From Methanobacteriota archaeon (lineage in GTDB: Archaea > Thermoplasmatota > Thermoplasmata > SG8-5 > JAGLSY01): 64,000 bases of DNA. The position numbers and the translations under genes were made by a program. The stretch spans positions 682,149-746,148 of the forward strand of contig JAEHCO010000001.1 of the NCBI GenBank assembly GCA_020697715.1, given 5' to 3'. This document shows positions 50,107 through 59,328 of this stretch, piece after piece; the stretch's first letter is position 1, and each line of letters begins with the position of its first letter. Below the pieces are notes generated by a model. The model was not told the origin of the DNA and did no database searches. It saw only the letters and a program-made list of their open reading frames with translations.

Positions 50107-51801
50107 TCACAACCCTATCTGTTTCATTATCTTATTGGTCATGTCCTCAAGGACCTCAGGATGCTTCAGAATGAACTTCACACCTGCTGCCTCGAACAGT
50201 TCTGGCAGGCTGACCGTGCTTCCCAAGCCGAGCGCATGTTTGTAATCCTTCACAGCTCCATCGAAATCATCCAGTGATCGGAGGTATACTTGAAGGGCTC
50301 CTATCTGTGCTATGCCGTATTCGATGTAGTACAGTGGAACTTCATAAACATGTAGATACTGCCATCCGAGCTGATCCTCTTTCTCCAATCCCGAATAGTC
50401 AGTTGAAGGTCTGTATTTGGCAGTAAGTTCTCTCCATTTTGCAGCTCTCTTTTCCGCACTGGCTCCATCAGGATCACTGTATACCCAGGTCTGGAACTCG
50501 TCCAAACTGGCCATGAATGGTAGGAATATCAAGATATTCTCCAATTGCTTGATCGCGATCCTCTCTCTGTCCACCTCATTGTATATGATGTCCATGTAAG
50601 GCCGGGCTAGAAGTTCCAATGACATGGAAGCCACCTCTGCGAACTCCAAAGGCACTTCCCTCGCCTGCTTTAGCAGATGTCTGGACAGGAAGCCGTGCAT
50701 CGCATGCCCACCTTCGTGGATGAGTGTGTCAAAGTCTCGGCTGGTACCCACGAAGTTACTGAAGATAATGGATATCCTCTCTTCCTCAAAGGTCATCATG
50801 TAAGCTCCTGGAGCCTTCCCCGGTCTGTTCTCCAGATCCAGATATCCTTTCTTGTCCATGAGCTTGAAAGCATCTGAGAACTGTGGATCGATGGAACCCA
50901 TTACCTTCGCCACCTTGTCTTTCAGATCATCAATATCATCATAGATCTTTGGAGGTTCCGCTCTGTCTGGGTCTGCCTGTGAATCCCAGGGCCTGAAGGA
51001 ATCCAGCTCCAATTTCTGCTTTCTCCTTTCCAGGATCTTGTCAACAGCAGGGACCACATATTCCTTTATCGCATCCCTGAAGGCCTTCACATCTTCTTTG
51101 GTGTAGCTCAGTCTTCGATAATCCTTGAACTTGTACTCGACAAAGCCCGGCATATCGGCATTGGCAGCCACTGCTTTGCGATTGGGCAGCATCTTGTCAA
51201 AGAGATCGTTCAGCTTATCATAATCAACCTTATGCATTTCCACAATAGCTCTCCATGCCTTTTCCCTGAGCTCACGGTCTGGAGATTCAAGGTATGGTCG
51301 TAATTGGGCCGGTGTCTTCTTTTCTCCATTGAACTCGGTCTCCCAAGACCCGGATATCTTCTGGTATTCCTTTCTCATCAGCATATCCTGGCTGATGAGT
51401 GGCAGATTCTCTTCCTTGAAGAGCTCGACATCCCATTTGGAATTCATTTTCGCAATACTGAAATCATCGGGAACCCATTCTTCCGGGAAAGAAAGGAACT
51501 TCTGCTTCGCTTTCTCGTCCAGCTCTTCCGCGACAGGAACAACTTCCTGCACAAGGCGGGTGAATTCCTTCTCGATCTCTTCATTGTTCACATCCCTCGT
51601 CATATTGAAATAAGACTTATCTTGGACCTCGGCAATGGCCGATGTGACCTCTGACCAGGCCTCCATCCATGTCCAAGCCTCTTCCTTGGATTCTACCTTC
51701 ATTCCATCCAGCATCTCGTATGCTGGCTTGATCTTCTCAATGTCTCCCATATAATCATTCTGATCTATGAATTGTCTAGGATACTCTTTATAAATGTCCA
51801 T
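50107..51801 (-). CDS. M3 family oligoendopeptidase (PepF-like)
   Basis: RPGKAPGAY, TLIHEGGHAMH, EFAEVASMSLE, HVYEVPLYYIEY. Confidence 0.94.
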   Translation of the reverse strand: MDIYKEYPRQFIDQNDYMGDIEKIKPAYEMLDGMKVESKEEAWTWMEAWSEVTSAIAEVQDKSYFNMTRDVNNEEIEKEFTRLVQEVVPVAEELDEKAKQKFLSFPEEWVPDDFSIAKMNSKWDVELFKEENLPLISQDMLMRKEYQKISGSWETEFNGEKKTPAQLRPYLESPDRELREKAWRAIVEMHKVDYDKLNDLFDKMLPNRKAVAANADMPGFVEYKFKDYRRLSYTKEDVKAFRDAIKEYVVPAVDKILERRKQKLELDSFRPWDSQADPDRAEPPKIYDDIDDLKDKVAKVMGSIDPQFSDAFKLMDKKGYLDLENRPGKAPGAYMMTFEEERISIIFSNFVGTSRDFDTLIHEGGHAMHGFLSRHLLKQAREVPLEFAEVASMSLELLARPYMDIIYNEVDRERIAIKQLENILIFLPFMASLDEFQTWVYSDPDGASAEKRAAKWRELTAKYRPSTDYSGLEKEDQLGWQYLHVYEVPLYYIEYGIAQIGALQVYLRSLDDFDGAVKDYKHALGLGSTVSLPELFEAAGVKFILKHPEVLEDMTNKIMKQIGL

Positions 51802-51917
51802 TTAACCTCACCTTAACACGGACAATACATAATGATTGATATTAATTTGCTTCATGGTCGCTATCCGCACATGGTGGATGATGATGTTGATGAGAATTAT
51901 GTTAATATATCCAAGGA

Positions 51918-52703
51918 TTATTTTATTTTCCTAACTCTTTTGCCTATCATCTTTTTGATATCTTCATAGGATGGAGGTGGTCCTTTTTGAGCGACCTTGC
52001 CGTCAATATACACGGCATCCAGTATTCCCCATTCATGGAAGGTGGCCATATTGAAGGTATCAATTTCCTGAAAATCCACTTTATCACTGAATTCAGCGGC
52101 CGCTCGTTTAGCTCTTTCAAAAACGATATTACTGGCTGGGCACCATCCATTCTTGAATGCCATGACCGTGACCTTTCCTGGATATGTCTGTGGCTTTTTC
52201 ACTTGCTTGACCCATTTTGGGGGTTTCGCATCATCCGTGAAAGATTTCCACAAGAGCACTGCCATGCCATCCTTATCAACTGTCTTATACCCCTGTTTCT
52301 TGAACCAACTGGCCTTCATCCAGAATGGCATTGACACCCCCCAGGCCGCGATACCCTTCGCGCCCTTCTGCCTGGCATCTTCCTCGGCAGCTTTCAAAAG
52401 AGCTTTTCCCATGCCCTTTTTCTGAAAGTTTCCTCGTCCTTCCTTGTAGCCATGTACCCAAACACACATTATGAAATAAAGGTCATTGCCTTCGACATGA
52501 GATCTTTCGATCGGTAGATATTGGATCATTCCACCAATGTTATCCTCATCATCGGTGGCAAGCTTTGCCGTGAACCCAGAATCTCTCATATTTTCCAACC
52601 ATTTTTTCTTGTGGCTTCCAGATTCTTTCATCTCCGCGCTCCAGTCCTCAAGGCAGTTGCAGAACAGTTCCTCATGCTCGGGTGCAAGGTCAATTATCTT
52701 CAT
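51918..52703 (-). CDS. YoaP-like GNAT acetyltransferase with C-terminal thioredoxin-like domain
   Basis: GMIQYLPIE, FIMCVWV, QKKGMGKALL, GWCPA. Confidence 0.82.
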   Translation of the reverse strand: MKIIDLAPEHEELFCNCLEDWSAEMKESGSHKKKWLENMRDSGFTAKLATDDEDNIGGMIQYLPIERSHVEGNDLYFIMCVWVHGYKEGRGNFQKKGMGKALLKAAEEDARQKGAKGIAAWGVSMPFWMKASWFKKQGYKTVDKDGMAVLLWKSFTDDAKPPKWVKQVKKPQTYPGKVTVMAFKNGWCPASNIVFERAKRAAAEFSDKVDFQEIDTFNMATFHEWGILDAVYIDGKVAQKGPPPSYEDIKKMIGKRVRKIK

Positions 52704-52798
52704 TGGATGATGATGTATTTTCGGGCTTAATAGTCTTTTGAATGGGGAAAGATATTAGAAAGTGGAGGCAATCTATGACCTATATTGGAGTTGAATAA

Positions 52799-53026
52799 AT
52801 GGAATTAACTGACAGAGTTGAAGCAGCCTTGGAAAAGGTAAGGCCTGGATTGATGATGGACGGCGGAAATGTCGAGCTTGTCGAAGTGACCAGTGATAAT
52901 ATCGTCAAAGTGAAGCTTGTCGGAGCATGCGGCGGCTGCCCAATGAGCCAGATGACCCTGAAAATGTTCATCGAAAAGGTCGTCAAGGAAAATGTTCCAG
53001 AGATCAAATCAGTAGAGAATGTTTGA
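52799..53026 (+). CDS. NifU-C / NfuA-like Fe-S carrier
   Basis: VRPGLMMDGGNVEL, GACGGCPMSQMTL. Confidence 0.93.
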   Translation: MELTDRVEAALEKVRPGLMMDGGNVELVEVTSDNIVKVKLVGACGGCPMSQMTLKMFIEKVVKENVPEIKSVENV

Positions 53027-53120
53027 ACTGAAATGGGGCGGGTCTGCCTATAGCCTATTGTTTCATGGGCCCGCCCATTAGACCTTTTCATATATTTTTG
53101 ATCGATGAATATTATGTTGA

Positions 53121-53468
53121 TCAAATATCATTCATCAGTTTTTTCAATTTTCTGTAGAACTCTTCCTCATCTATCTGTCCTTCAGCATAGTATCTGTAAA
53201 GTTCTTTTGTAGCCTGCTCTCTCAAATGTATAGCTCCGACAAATACCACACTGGCCATTATGCCGAAGGCTATCAGAGATATGATACTGCCTGTCCTTTG
53301 AGGGGTCAATTCCCATGCTGGCTCCTCGGTCTCTTCAGCAGGGCTCCTAAGGAAGAACTCTTCTTCCATAACCTCTTCCTGGGGCATCATCATCAGATAC
53401 ATGCCAAGCAGGAATATCGCTGTACATCCTATTACTGCCAAGGTCATCATTATGGATCTTATCTTCAT
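53121..53468 (-). CDS. small 2-TM protein with C-terminal SHOCT-like motif
   Basis: two TMs; YAEGQIDEEEFYRKLKKL; SD GGTGA. Confidence 0.7.
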   Translation of the reverse strand: MKIRSIMMTLAVIGCTAIFLLGMYLMMMPQEEVMEEEFFLRSPAEETEEPAWELTPQRTGSIISLIAFGIMASVVFVGAIHLREQATKELYRYYAEGQIDEEEFYRKLKKLMNDI

Positions 53469-53600
53469 TTCTTATCACCATATCCTATAAGAGTGGTCAA
53501 AGTTCATAACCAAAATGAGGAAAAGTGACCACTTTCTGAGCACTTTCACTCCTCTCTCCCCTGTTCTTATTCTTATACTTCGGAATACTACCTTTACATA

Positions 53601-54824
53601 ATGGTGACATTGGATAAGATAGTCCGACTGGCCAATGAAGGCCAATTCGATTCTTCAGGCCCGAAGATATATGACCTTAATAATATCGATATGCAGAAGG
53701 TCAAGACACTGGGTGAGGGAACCAAGCACGATATCTGCGCATCCACAGCGTCAAAGCGGCAGGTGGCGGATGTTTCGGGCAGAATAGGGGATGTGGTGAA
53801 AGCCGGAGTGTGCCATGCTTTCACTCCTGATGGTCGTTGTGTCGGTATGTTCAAGACCCTTTTCACGAATGCGTGCCAGCATGAATGTAAATATTGTCCA
53901 AATGCCACATTGAGCCATCGCCCCAAGATACAGAAATATACGCCTGAGGAACTGGCCAAACTCACGCTCATGCTCTACCGTGGCAATTATGTCGAGGGTC
54001 TATTTCTCAGTTCCGGAATAGCTGGCAATGAGGATCAAACCATGGAGGATATGATCGAATCAGTTAGACTTCTCAGAGAGAAATATAGTTTCCAGGGCTA
54101 CATTCATATGAAAGTACTGCCGGGCGCATCCTATGAGCATATCAAGCAAGCCAGTGAGCTCGTGGATCGTGTCAGTATAAATATCGAAACACCTTCGAAA
54201 TCATATATGAGCGAGCTTAGCTCGACCAAGGATTATGACAATGATATCCTTCAGCGCCAGAAATACATCCGCCATAATATTGGCAAAGGTCGATTTCCCG
54301 CTGGCCAGACCACTCAATTCATTGTGGGCGCGGCACAGGAAACCGATAAAGAAATATTCAAGTCCATGTTGAACGAGTACGAAGAAATGGAAGTGAAAAG
54401 GTCTTATTTCTCAGCCTTCAATTCAGTGAAAGGAACGGAGTTAGAGAACACGCCATCACAGCCCCAATGGCGTGAGAACAAACTGTATCAGGTGGATTGG
54501 CTGCACAGGATATACAAGTTTCAGAATAAAGAGATAGAGCATGCTTTCGATGAGGATGGTTTTCTTTTTAACAAGGATCCGAAACTGTCCATCGCTCTCA
54601 ATATCATAGACTCGTCCATAGATCCGAACGAGGCCACCCAGGAACAGCTTTTGAGAATTCCTGGTATTGGCCCGAAGAGCGCGTATGGCATACTGAAATT
54701 GCGAAAAAGAGAGAGGATATGGAAGAATGAGCAATTGGCCCGTATCGGGGTGGTGACCAAGCGAGCTAGGTACTTCCTGAAATTGAATGGATGGGAATAT
54801 TCCTCCCTGGAGGATTGGTCATGA
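53601..54824 (+). CDS. putative DNA modification/repair radical SAM protein (TIGR03916-type)
   Basis: TKHDICAST, GVCHAFTPDGRC, TNACQHECKYC, YVEGLFLSSG, GYIHMKVLPG, AGQTTQFIVGA, RENKLYQVDWL, HhH LLRIPGIG. Confidence 0.92.
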   Translation: MVTLDKIVRLANEGQFDSSGPKIYDLNNIDMQKVKTLGEGTKHDICASTASKRQVADVSGRIGDVVKAGVCHAFTPDGRCVGMFKTLFTNACQHECKYCPNATLSHRPKIQKYTPEELAKLTLMLYRGNYVEGLFLSSGIAGNEDQTMEDMIESVRLLREKYSFQGYIHMKVLPGASYEHIKQASELVDRVSINIETPSKSYMSELSSTKDYDNDILQRQKYIRHNIGKGRFPAGQTTQFIVGAAQETDKEIFKSMLNEYEEMEVKRSYFSAFNSVKGTELENTPSQPQWRENKLYQVDWLHRIYKFQNKEIEHAFDEDGFLFNKDPKLSIALNIIDSSIDPNEATQEQLLRIPGIGPKSAYGILKLRKRERIWKNEQLARIGVVTKRARYFLKLNGWEYSSLEDWS

Positions 54825-54861
54825 GATTTACAGGTCATATGAATTTCATGGAGGTGGTGAT

Positions 54862-55455
54862 CTGATAAGCCATGTGCCAAATGAATTCCTTCAGTATCTC
54901 AAGCTTCACAAGGACTGCTCTCCATCATTGATGGCAAAGGCTGGGCGCCTTTGTTCCCAGGAACTGGATGTATCCACAGATCTCGAGCATATCAGGATAA
55001 GAAAAATGGTGAACAGCGTACTGACGGAGATACACCTCATGAGGGCTTTCGTGCGCTTGTCTCCCATCGGGGAGAAGGTGCTTTACGGTTATATCAAGCC
55101 CAAGCATGACATAGTTCCAAGAGTGGGATATTTTCTTTCCAGAAGATTCCCGGACACGATAATCATATTGGGGAACAATACCAGAAGCTGGATATCCATC
55201 AATAATAATGGCAAGACCTCCAGATCCAAGGGCGGTCCACTGTCTGAAACAGTGGAGCGCGTGAAGGAGCAGATGGCGGATAATAAAGAGGCCGAGACGG
55301 AAGATCTGTGGAAAACATACTATTGGAGCCAGTATATCGATGATAGAAGGAATGTGAAGTATCACAAGAAGAACATGCCCAAGAAATACATGGACGCGAC
55401 CAATATCAAAGTGGCTAGGAATCAAAATAAAATAACATTGGATGATTTTGAATAG
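54862..55455 (+). CDS. DUF4130 / TIGR03915-type putative DNA metabolism protein (start uncertain: CTG 54862 or GTG 54874)
   Basis: VLTEIHLMRAFVRL, KPKHDIVP..F..RF, LWKTYYWSQYI..RRN....NMPKKY; SD GGAGGTGGTGA at 54850-54860. Confidence 0.85.
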   Translation: MISHVPNEFLQYLKLHKDCSPSLMAKAGRLCSQELDVSTDLEHIRIRKMVNSVLTEIHLMRAFVRLSPIGEKVLYGYIKPKHDIVPRVGYFLSRRFPDTIIILGNNTRSWISINNNGKTSRSKGGPLSETVERVKEQMADNKEAETEDLWKTYYWSQYIDDRRNVKYHKKNMPKKYMDATNIKVARNQNKITLDDFE

Positions 55456-55495
55456 GCCTTAAATTCTAATAATATGCAATGCTTGTAGGTAATTG

Positions 55496-56329
55496 ATGAA
55501 AGGAAAGGTAGTTATAATCACGGGAGCCACGTCCGGCATAGGAAAGGAGACCGCCATCAGCCTGGCAAAGATGGGAGCCATCATCGTTATAGCGACCCGG
55601 AACATCGAAGCTGGAGAGAAGATCAAGAAGGAGATCGTTCAAATCACCAAGAACAACAATATCGATTACCTTCAATGTGATCTGGCTTCCATGAATTCTG
55701 TAAGAAAATTCTGTGATAGTTTCAAAGAGAAATATGAACGCCTTGATGTGCTCGTCAACAATGCTGGCACTTGGGATTTTGAAGGGAGAAAAGAGAGCGA
55801 GGACGGGATAGAGAATATCTTTGCAGTGAACTTTGTAGCTCCTTTTCTCATGACCCACCTTCTCCTTGATATGATAAAGAAAAGTGCGCCATCCAGAATA
55901 ATCAATCTTTCTTCCGCCCTTCATACTGGCACGATAAATTTTGATGATATCGAGTTCAGAGAGGACTGGTCCGGGTTCAAGGCCTATCGCCAATCGAAAT
56001 TAGCGATAATTCTTTTCACAAGGAAGCTGGCCAATGATCTTAAGGATGCGAATGTGACGGTCAATTGCATCCACCCTGGAATGGTATCGACCAAACTGGG
56101 TAGGGATGCTGGGGGATTCTCAAGGTTGTTCTTCAAAGTATTCGGCAAAAGCCCCAAGGTTGGGGCAGAGACATCTATCTTTCTTGCCAGTTCTCCAGAT
56201 GTGAAGAAGATCACTGGAGAATATTGGTCTAATTCCAAGATCGATAAGGCCTCCAAGGAATCCATGGATATGGAGGCTGCTGAAAGATTGTGGAAGATTG
56301 GATTGGAATACATAGGAGTAGGGGAATAA
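55496..56329 (+). CDS. SDR family oxidoreductase (retinol dehydrogenase-like)
   Basis: ITGATSGIG, LVNNAG, YRQSK. Confidence 0.93.
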   Translation: MKGKVVIITGATSGIGKETAISLAKMGAIIVIATRNIEAGEKIKKEIVQITKNNNIDYLQCDLASMNSVRKFCDSFKEKYERLDVLVNNAGTWDFEGRKESEDGIENIFAVNFVAPFLMTHLLLDMIKKSAPSRIINLSSALHTGTINFDDIEFREDWSGFKAYRQSKLAIILFTRKLANDLKDANVTVNCIHPGMVSTKLGRDAGGFSRLFFKVFGKSPKVGAETSIFLASSPDVKKITGEYWSNSKIDKASKESMDMEAAERLWKIGLEYIGVGE

Positions 56330-56330
56330 T

Positions 56331-56918
56331 ATGGAGATAACAGAGACATTCTATGCAAAGGACCGCAAGGAATGGCGGAACTGGCTCAAGGCCAATCATG
56401 ATTCCAAGAAGGAGATATGGTTGATCAGATACAAGAAGCATACCGGCAAGCCAGTCGTATCCTATGATGATTCCGTGGAGGAAGCATTGTGCTTTGGTTG
56501 GATAGATTCCACTGTAAAAAGAGTTGATGATGAATATTATGTCCAGCGCATCACACCAAGAAGGATAAAAAGCATCTGGTCAGTCCCCAATATCAAGCGG
56601 GTGAGGAAGATGCTGGATGAAGGTCTGATGACAGAACATGGCCTGGCCAAGATACCGGATGAGGTGATGGAAGCTGCCAAGACAGGGAATATCAAGTCAT
56701 CGCAGACCGTGATCCCTGATGAGATACCGATGGTGCAGGAGCTTGAAAAGATCCTGAAAAAGAATGAGATGGCCAAGAAAACTTGGGAATCCTTCTCTCC
56801 ATCCCTGAGAAAGCGATATTTATACTGGCTGAATGATGCCAAGCGGGAAGACACCCGTATCCGGAGAATGACCAAGTTGGTCAAAATGCTGGAAGAGGGA
56901 AAACAACAATTGATGTGA
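56331..56918 (+). CDS. YdeI/OmpD-associated family protein
   Basis: WRNWL..NH, EEALCFGWIDS, TPRR..S.WS, AKREDTR.RR. Confidence 0.92.
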   Translation: MEITETFYAKDRKEWRNWLKANHDSKKEIWLIRYKKHTGKPVVSYDDSVEEALCFGWIDSTVKRVDDEYYVQRITPRRIKSIWSVPNIKRVRKMLDEGLMTEHGLAKIPDEVMEAAKTGNIKSSQTVIPDEIPMVQELEKILKKNEMAKKTWESFSPSLRKRYLYWLNDAKREDTRIRRMTKLVKMLEEGKQQLM

Positions 56919-56922
56919 TAAT

Positions 56923-57480
56923 ATGACAGGCGAACCAGTGATCGTGCCCGATATTCAAACCGAGAGAATGACCCTCCGCCAGCTTACGGAGGATGACATG
57001 GATTTTATCTTCGATATGTTCAGCAGGCCGGAGACCAATCAGTATGTTGCCGATGATGATGTCAAGAATATGGAAGAGGCCGTGGAACTATACGAGGCCT
57101 TCATCAAACCCAAACCATACCTTTTCAGACTCGGTATGGTGCTTGAGGAAAATGGACAGCTTATCGGAACATTGGGCTTTTACAGCATCAGCATGGATGA
57201 TAAAAGAGCCGTATTGGGCGCGGATCTTTTCAAGGAGCATTGGGGACAAGGCTTGATGCAGGAAGCTGTCCAGGCTCTTTTGAGATATGGCTTTGAAGAA
57301 ATGGAGCTCAACCGGATCGAGGCATCTGTAGATCCGGATAATATTCGATCTATGAAATTAACTGAGAGATCGGGCTTTGTCAAAGAAGGTGTGAAAAGGC
57401 AGCTGGACTGGTACAAAGGCGCGTATCACGATGATGTGGTCTTCTCGATGCTTCGAGAAGAATGGCAAGCTCGTAAATAA
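56923..57480 (+). CDS. GNAT acetyltransferase (RimJ/RimL family)
   Basis: TERMTLRQL, HWGQGLMQEA, LNRIEA...DNIRS...GFVKEG. Confidence 0.9.
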   Translation: MTGEPVIVPDIQTERMTLRQLTEDDMDFIFDMFSRPETNQYVADDDVKNMEEAVELYEAFIKPKPYLFRLGMVLEENGQLIGTLGFYSISMDDKRAVLGADLFKEHWGQGLMQEAVQALLRYGFEEMELNRIEASVDPDNIRSMKLTERSGFVKEGVKRQLDWYKGAYHDDVVFSMLREEWQARK

Positions 57481-57483
57481 AGA

Positions 57484-58104
57484 TCAAACTTTACCCCAGA
57501 TGAACTTCCTGGCTCCATCGTCCGGTACTGTGGCGATGAAAGCATATAGGTTCCTCTTTTTCAGATCGGGCAGATCATTTATCTCCAATATCTTCCTTAC
57601 AAATTTCAGGGCCGCGTAGAATCTCGTTGTAAGCTCTTCCTGATGATACTCATCCGCCCTCCTGGAGCTGGTGATGATCGCGGCAAAGATCTTGGGAGAT
57701 CTAGCACTGTTCACCATCAGGAGCTTGGTAAGGTCCTGCGCGATCAGCCTTTCATCGTACATCCTTGGCCCTTTCCATTCGACAAATATCGGAACAGTAT
57801 CCCTTATCACGAAATCAAAATTAGCTGCCTGTCCTCTATTCAGAGCAGCCCGCTGTGTTGTCTTCGGCCTGCCCAATCCGAATTCTTTCCAAGCATACTT
57901 CACAAGGGTTGGATGATTGGGTATGAGCATGGGTCTTTTCCACACATCGATGCCCTCTGTTTCATAATGTTTCGAAACATAGTGTGAGAACTGGTGTTGA
58001 AAATATTCTTCATTAAGTATTAACCCTCTCTTTCCCGCCCTCACGGTCTCTTCAGTATTCTCCAGTATCTGGTCAAAGATGGATTGTATGTCCCTTATTC
58101 TCAT
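57484..58104 (-). CDS. hypothetical protein, PD-(D/E)XK nuclease-like motif pattern
   Basis: NEEYFQH helix, FDFVI, FVEWKG, QDLTKL; start trimmed to MRIRD. Confidence 0.6.
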   Translation of the reverse strand: MRIRDIQSIFDQILENTEETVRAGKRGLILNEEYFQHQFSHYVSKHYETEGIDVWKRPMLIPNHPTLVKYAWKEFGLGRPKTTQRAALNRGQAANFDFVIRDTVPIFVEWKGPRMYDERLIAQDLTKLLMVNSARSPKIFAAIITSSRRADEYHQEELTTRFYAALKFVRKILEINDLPDLKKRNLYAFIATVPDDGARKFIWGKV

Positions 58105-58198
58105 GGTACGTTGTCCCCTGTTACCATATGACAGTATTATTAATAAATCATACCCAAATTTCGACAAACTCTTTATTGCATAACCACAATCACAATCC

Positions 58199-59248
58199 AT
58201 GGTTCAGGATTTCAAATGCCAAAGCTGTGCCGCCCCCCTAAAATTCGATCCCAATGAAAAAGGATTGAAATGCGAATATTGCGGATCAGCAGAGGTGATC
58301 GAGGTCGCGAGAAAGGCCATTCTGGAGCATGACCTTTTTTCTGCCCCGGTCAATAATGGCTGGGGAACAGAGACCAAGAATATCACATGCGAATCCTGTG
58401 GGGCGAGAACATCAGCCGGAAAAATAATATCTGGCAACTGTGCTTTTTGTGGCTCCAATTTTGTCAAGGAGCTGGTTCCGGATCCCAATTTGATAAGACC
58501 TGAAAGCCTGCTCCCCTTTTCCATCGATAAAGACAGGGCATTATCACTCTTCAAGAAATGGCTGGGTAAGGGATTCTTCCGCCCCTCGAATCTTAAAAAA
58601 CTTGGAAGGCTGAAGAACATTCAAGGCATCTATATCCCATTCTGGACATATGATTGCAACGCGCACTCGAACTGGACGGCCATGAGCGGCTATTATTACT
58701 ACGTCACCGAGACATACAGAACGAGCGAAGGAACAAAGACCAGGCAGGTTCGCAAGACACGATGGGTTCCTTCAAACGGGCATAGACAGGGATTTTACAA
58801 TGATGTTCTCGTGCCAGCTTCCAAAGGATTGGATCACGATCTCGCAAGTAAGATTTATCCATTTCATCTGCAGCAACTGATACCTTACGATCCAAAATTC
58901 CTCGCAGGCTGGATGGCCGAGGAATATGCCATATCTTTACCAGAGGGATGGCTGGTCGCACAGCAAAAGGTTAGAAGGTCAGAGCACTCCGAATGTGCGA
59001 GGGATGTTCCTGGAGACACACACACAGGATTGAGCGTACATACTACCCTAACAGAACCAAAATACAAGCATATTTTACTTCCAGTCTGGGTCGCCTCCTA
59101 TCATTATAAAAAGAAATTATACCACTTCCTTGTAAATGGACAGACCGGGGAGGTACAGGGATATGCTCCGATATCTTGGCTAAAAGTAATGGCTGTTATA
59201 CTAGCCGCATTGGGTGTGGTTTTGGCGATCTGGATGTTCTCTAATTGA
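58199..59248 (+). CDS. double zinc-ribbon protein with C-terminal TM
   Basis: CQSC..CEYC, CESC..CAFC, P..LLPF, IYIPFWTYD, LLPVW, VNGQTGEV.G..P. Confidence 0.85.
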   Translation: MVQDFKCQSCAAPLKFDPNEKGLKCEYCGSAEVIEVARKAILEHDLFSAPVNNGWGTETKNITCESCGARTSAGKIISGNCAFCGSNFVKELVPDPNLIRPESLLPFSIDKDRALSLFKKWLGKGFFRPSNLKKLGRLKNIQGIYIPFWTYDCNAHSNWTAMSGYYYYVTETYRTSEGTKTRQVRKTRWVPSNGHRQGFYNDVLVPASKGLDHDLASKIYPFHLQQLIPYDPKFLAGWMAEEYAISLPEGWLVAQQKVRRSEHSECARDVPGDTHTGLSVHTTLTEPKYKHILLPVWVASYHYKKKLYHFLVNGQTGEVQGYAPISWLKVMAVILAALGVVLAIWMFSN

Positions 59249-59328
59249 AATTGCTAATGCCACATTCTAAATATTTTTAATTGAAGAATACCATATTCTA
59301 AATATGTTTATTTCCAATATCCCAGCTC

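Noticed and set aside
54821-54865. 14-codon ORF (MRFTGHMNFMEVVI) overlapping the rSAM stop, considered as a frameshifted DUF4130 N-terminus
   Set aside because: No slippery site is evident. A strong SD at 54850-54860 with an in-frame CTG or GTG start explains DUF4130 translation more simply.
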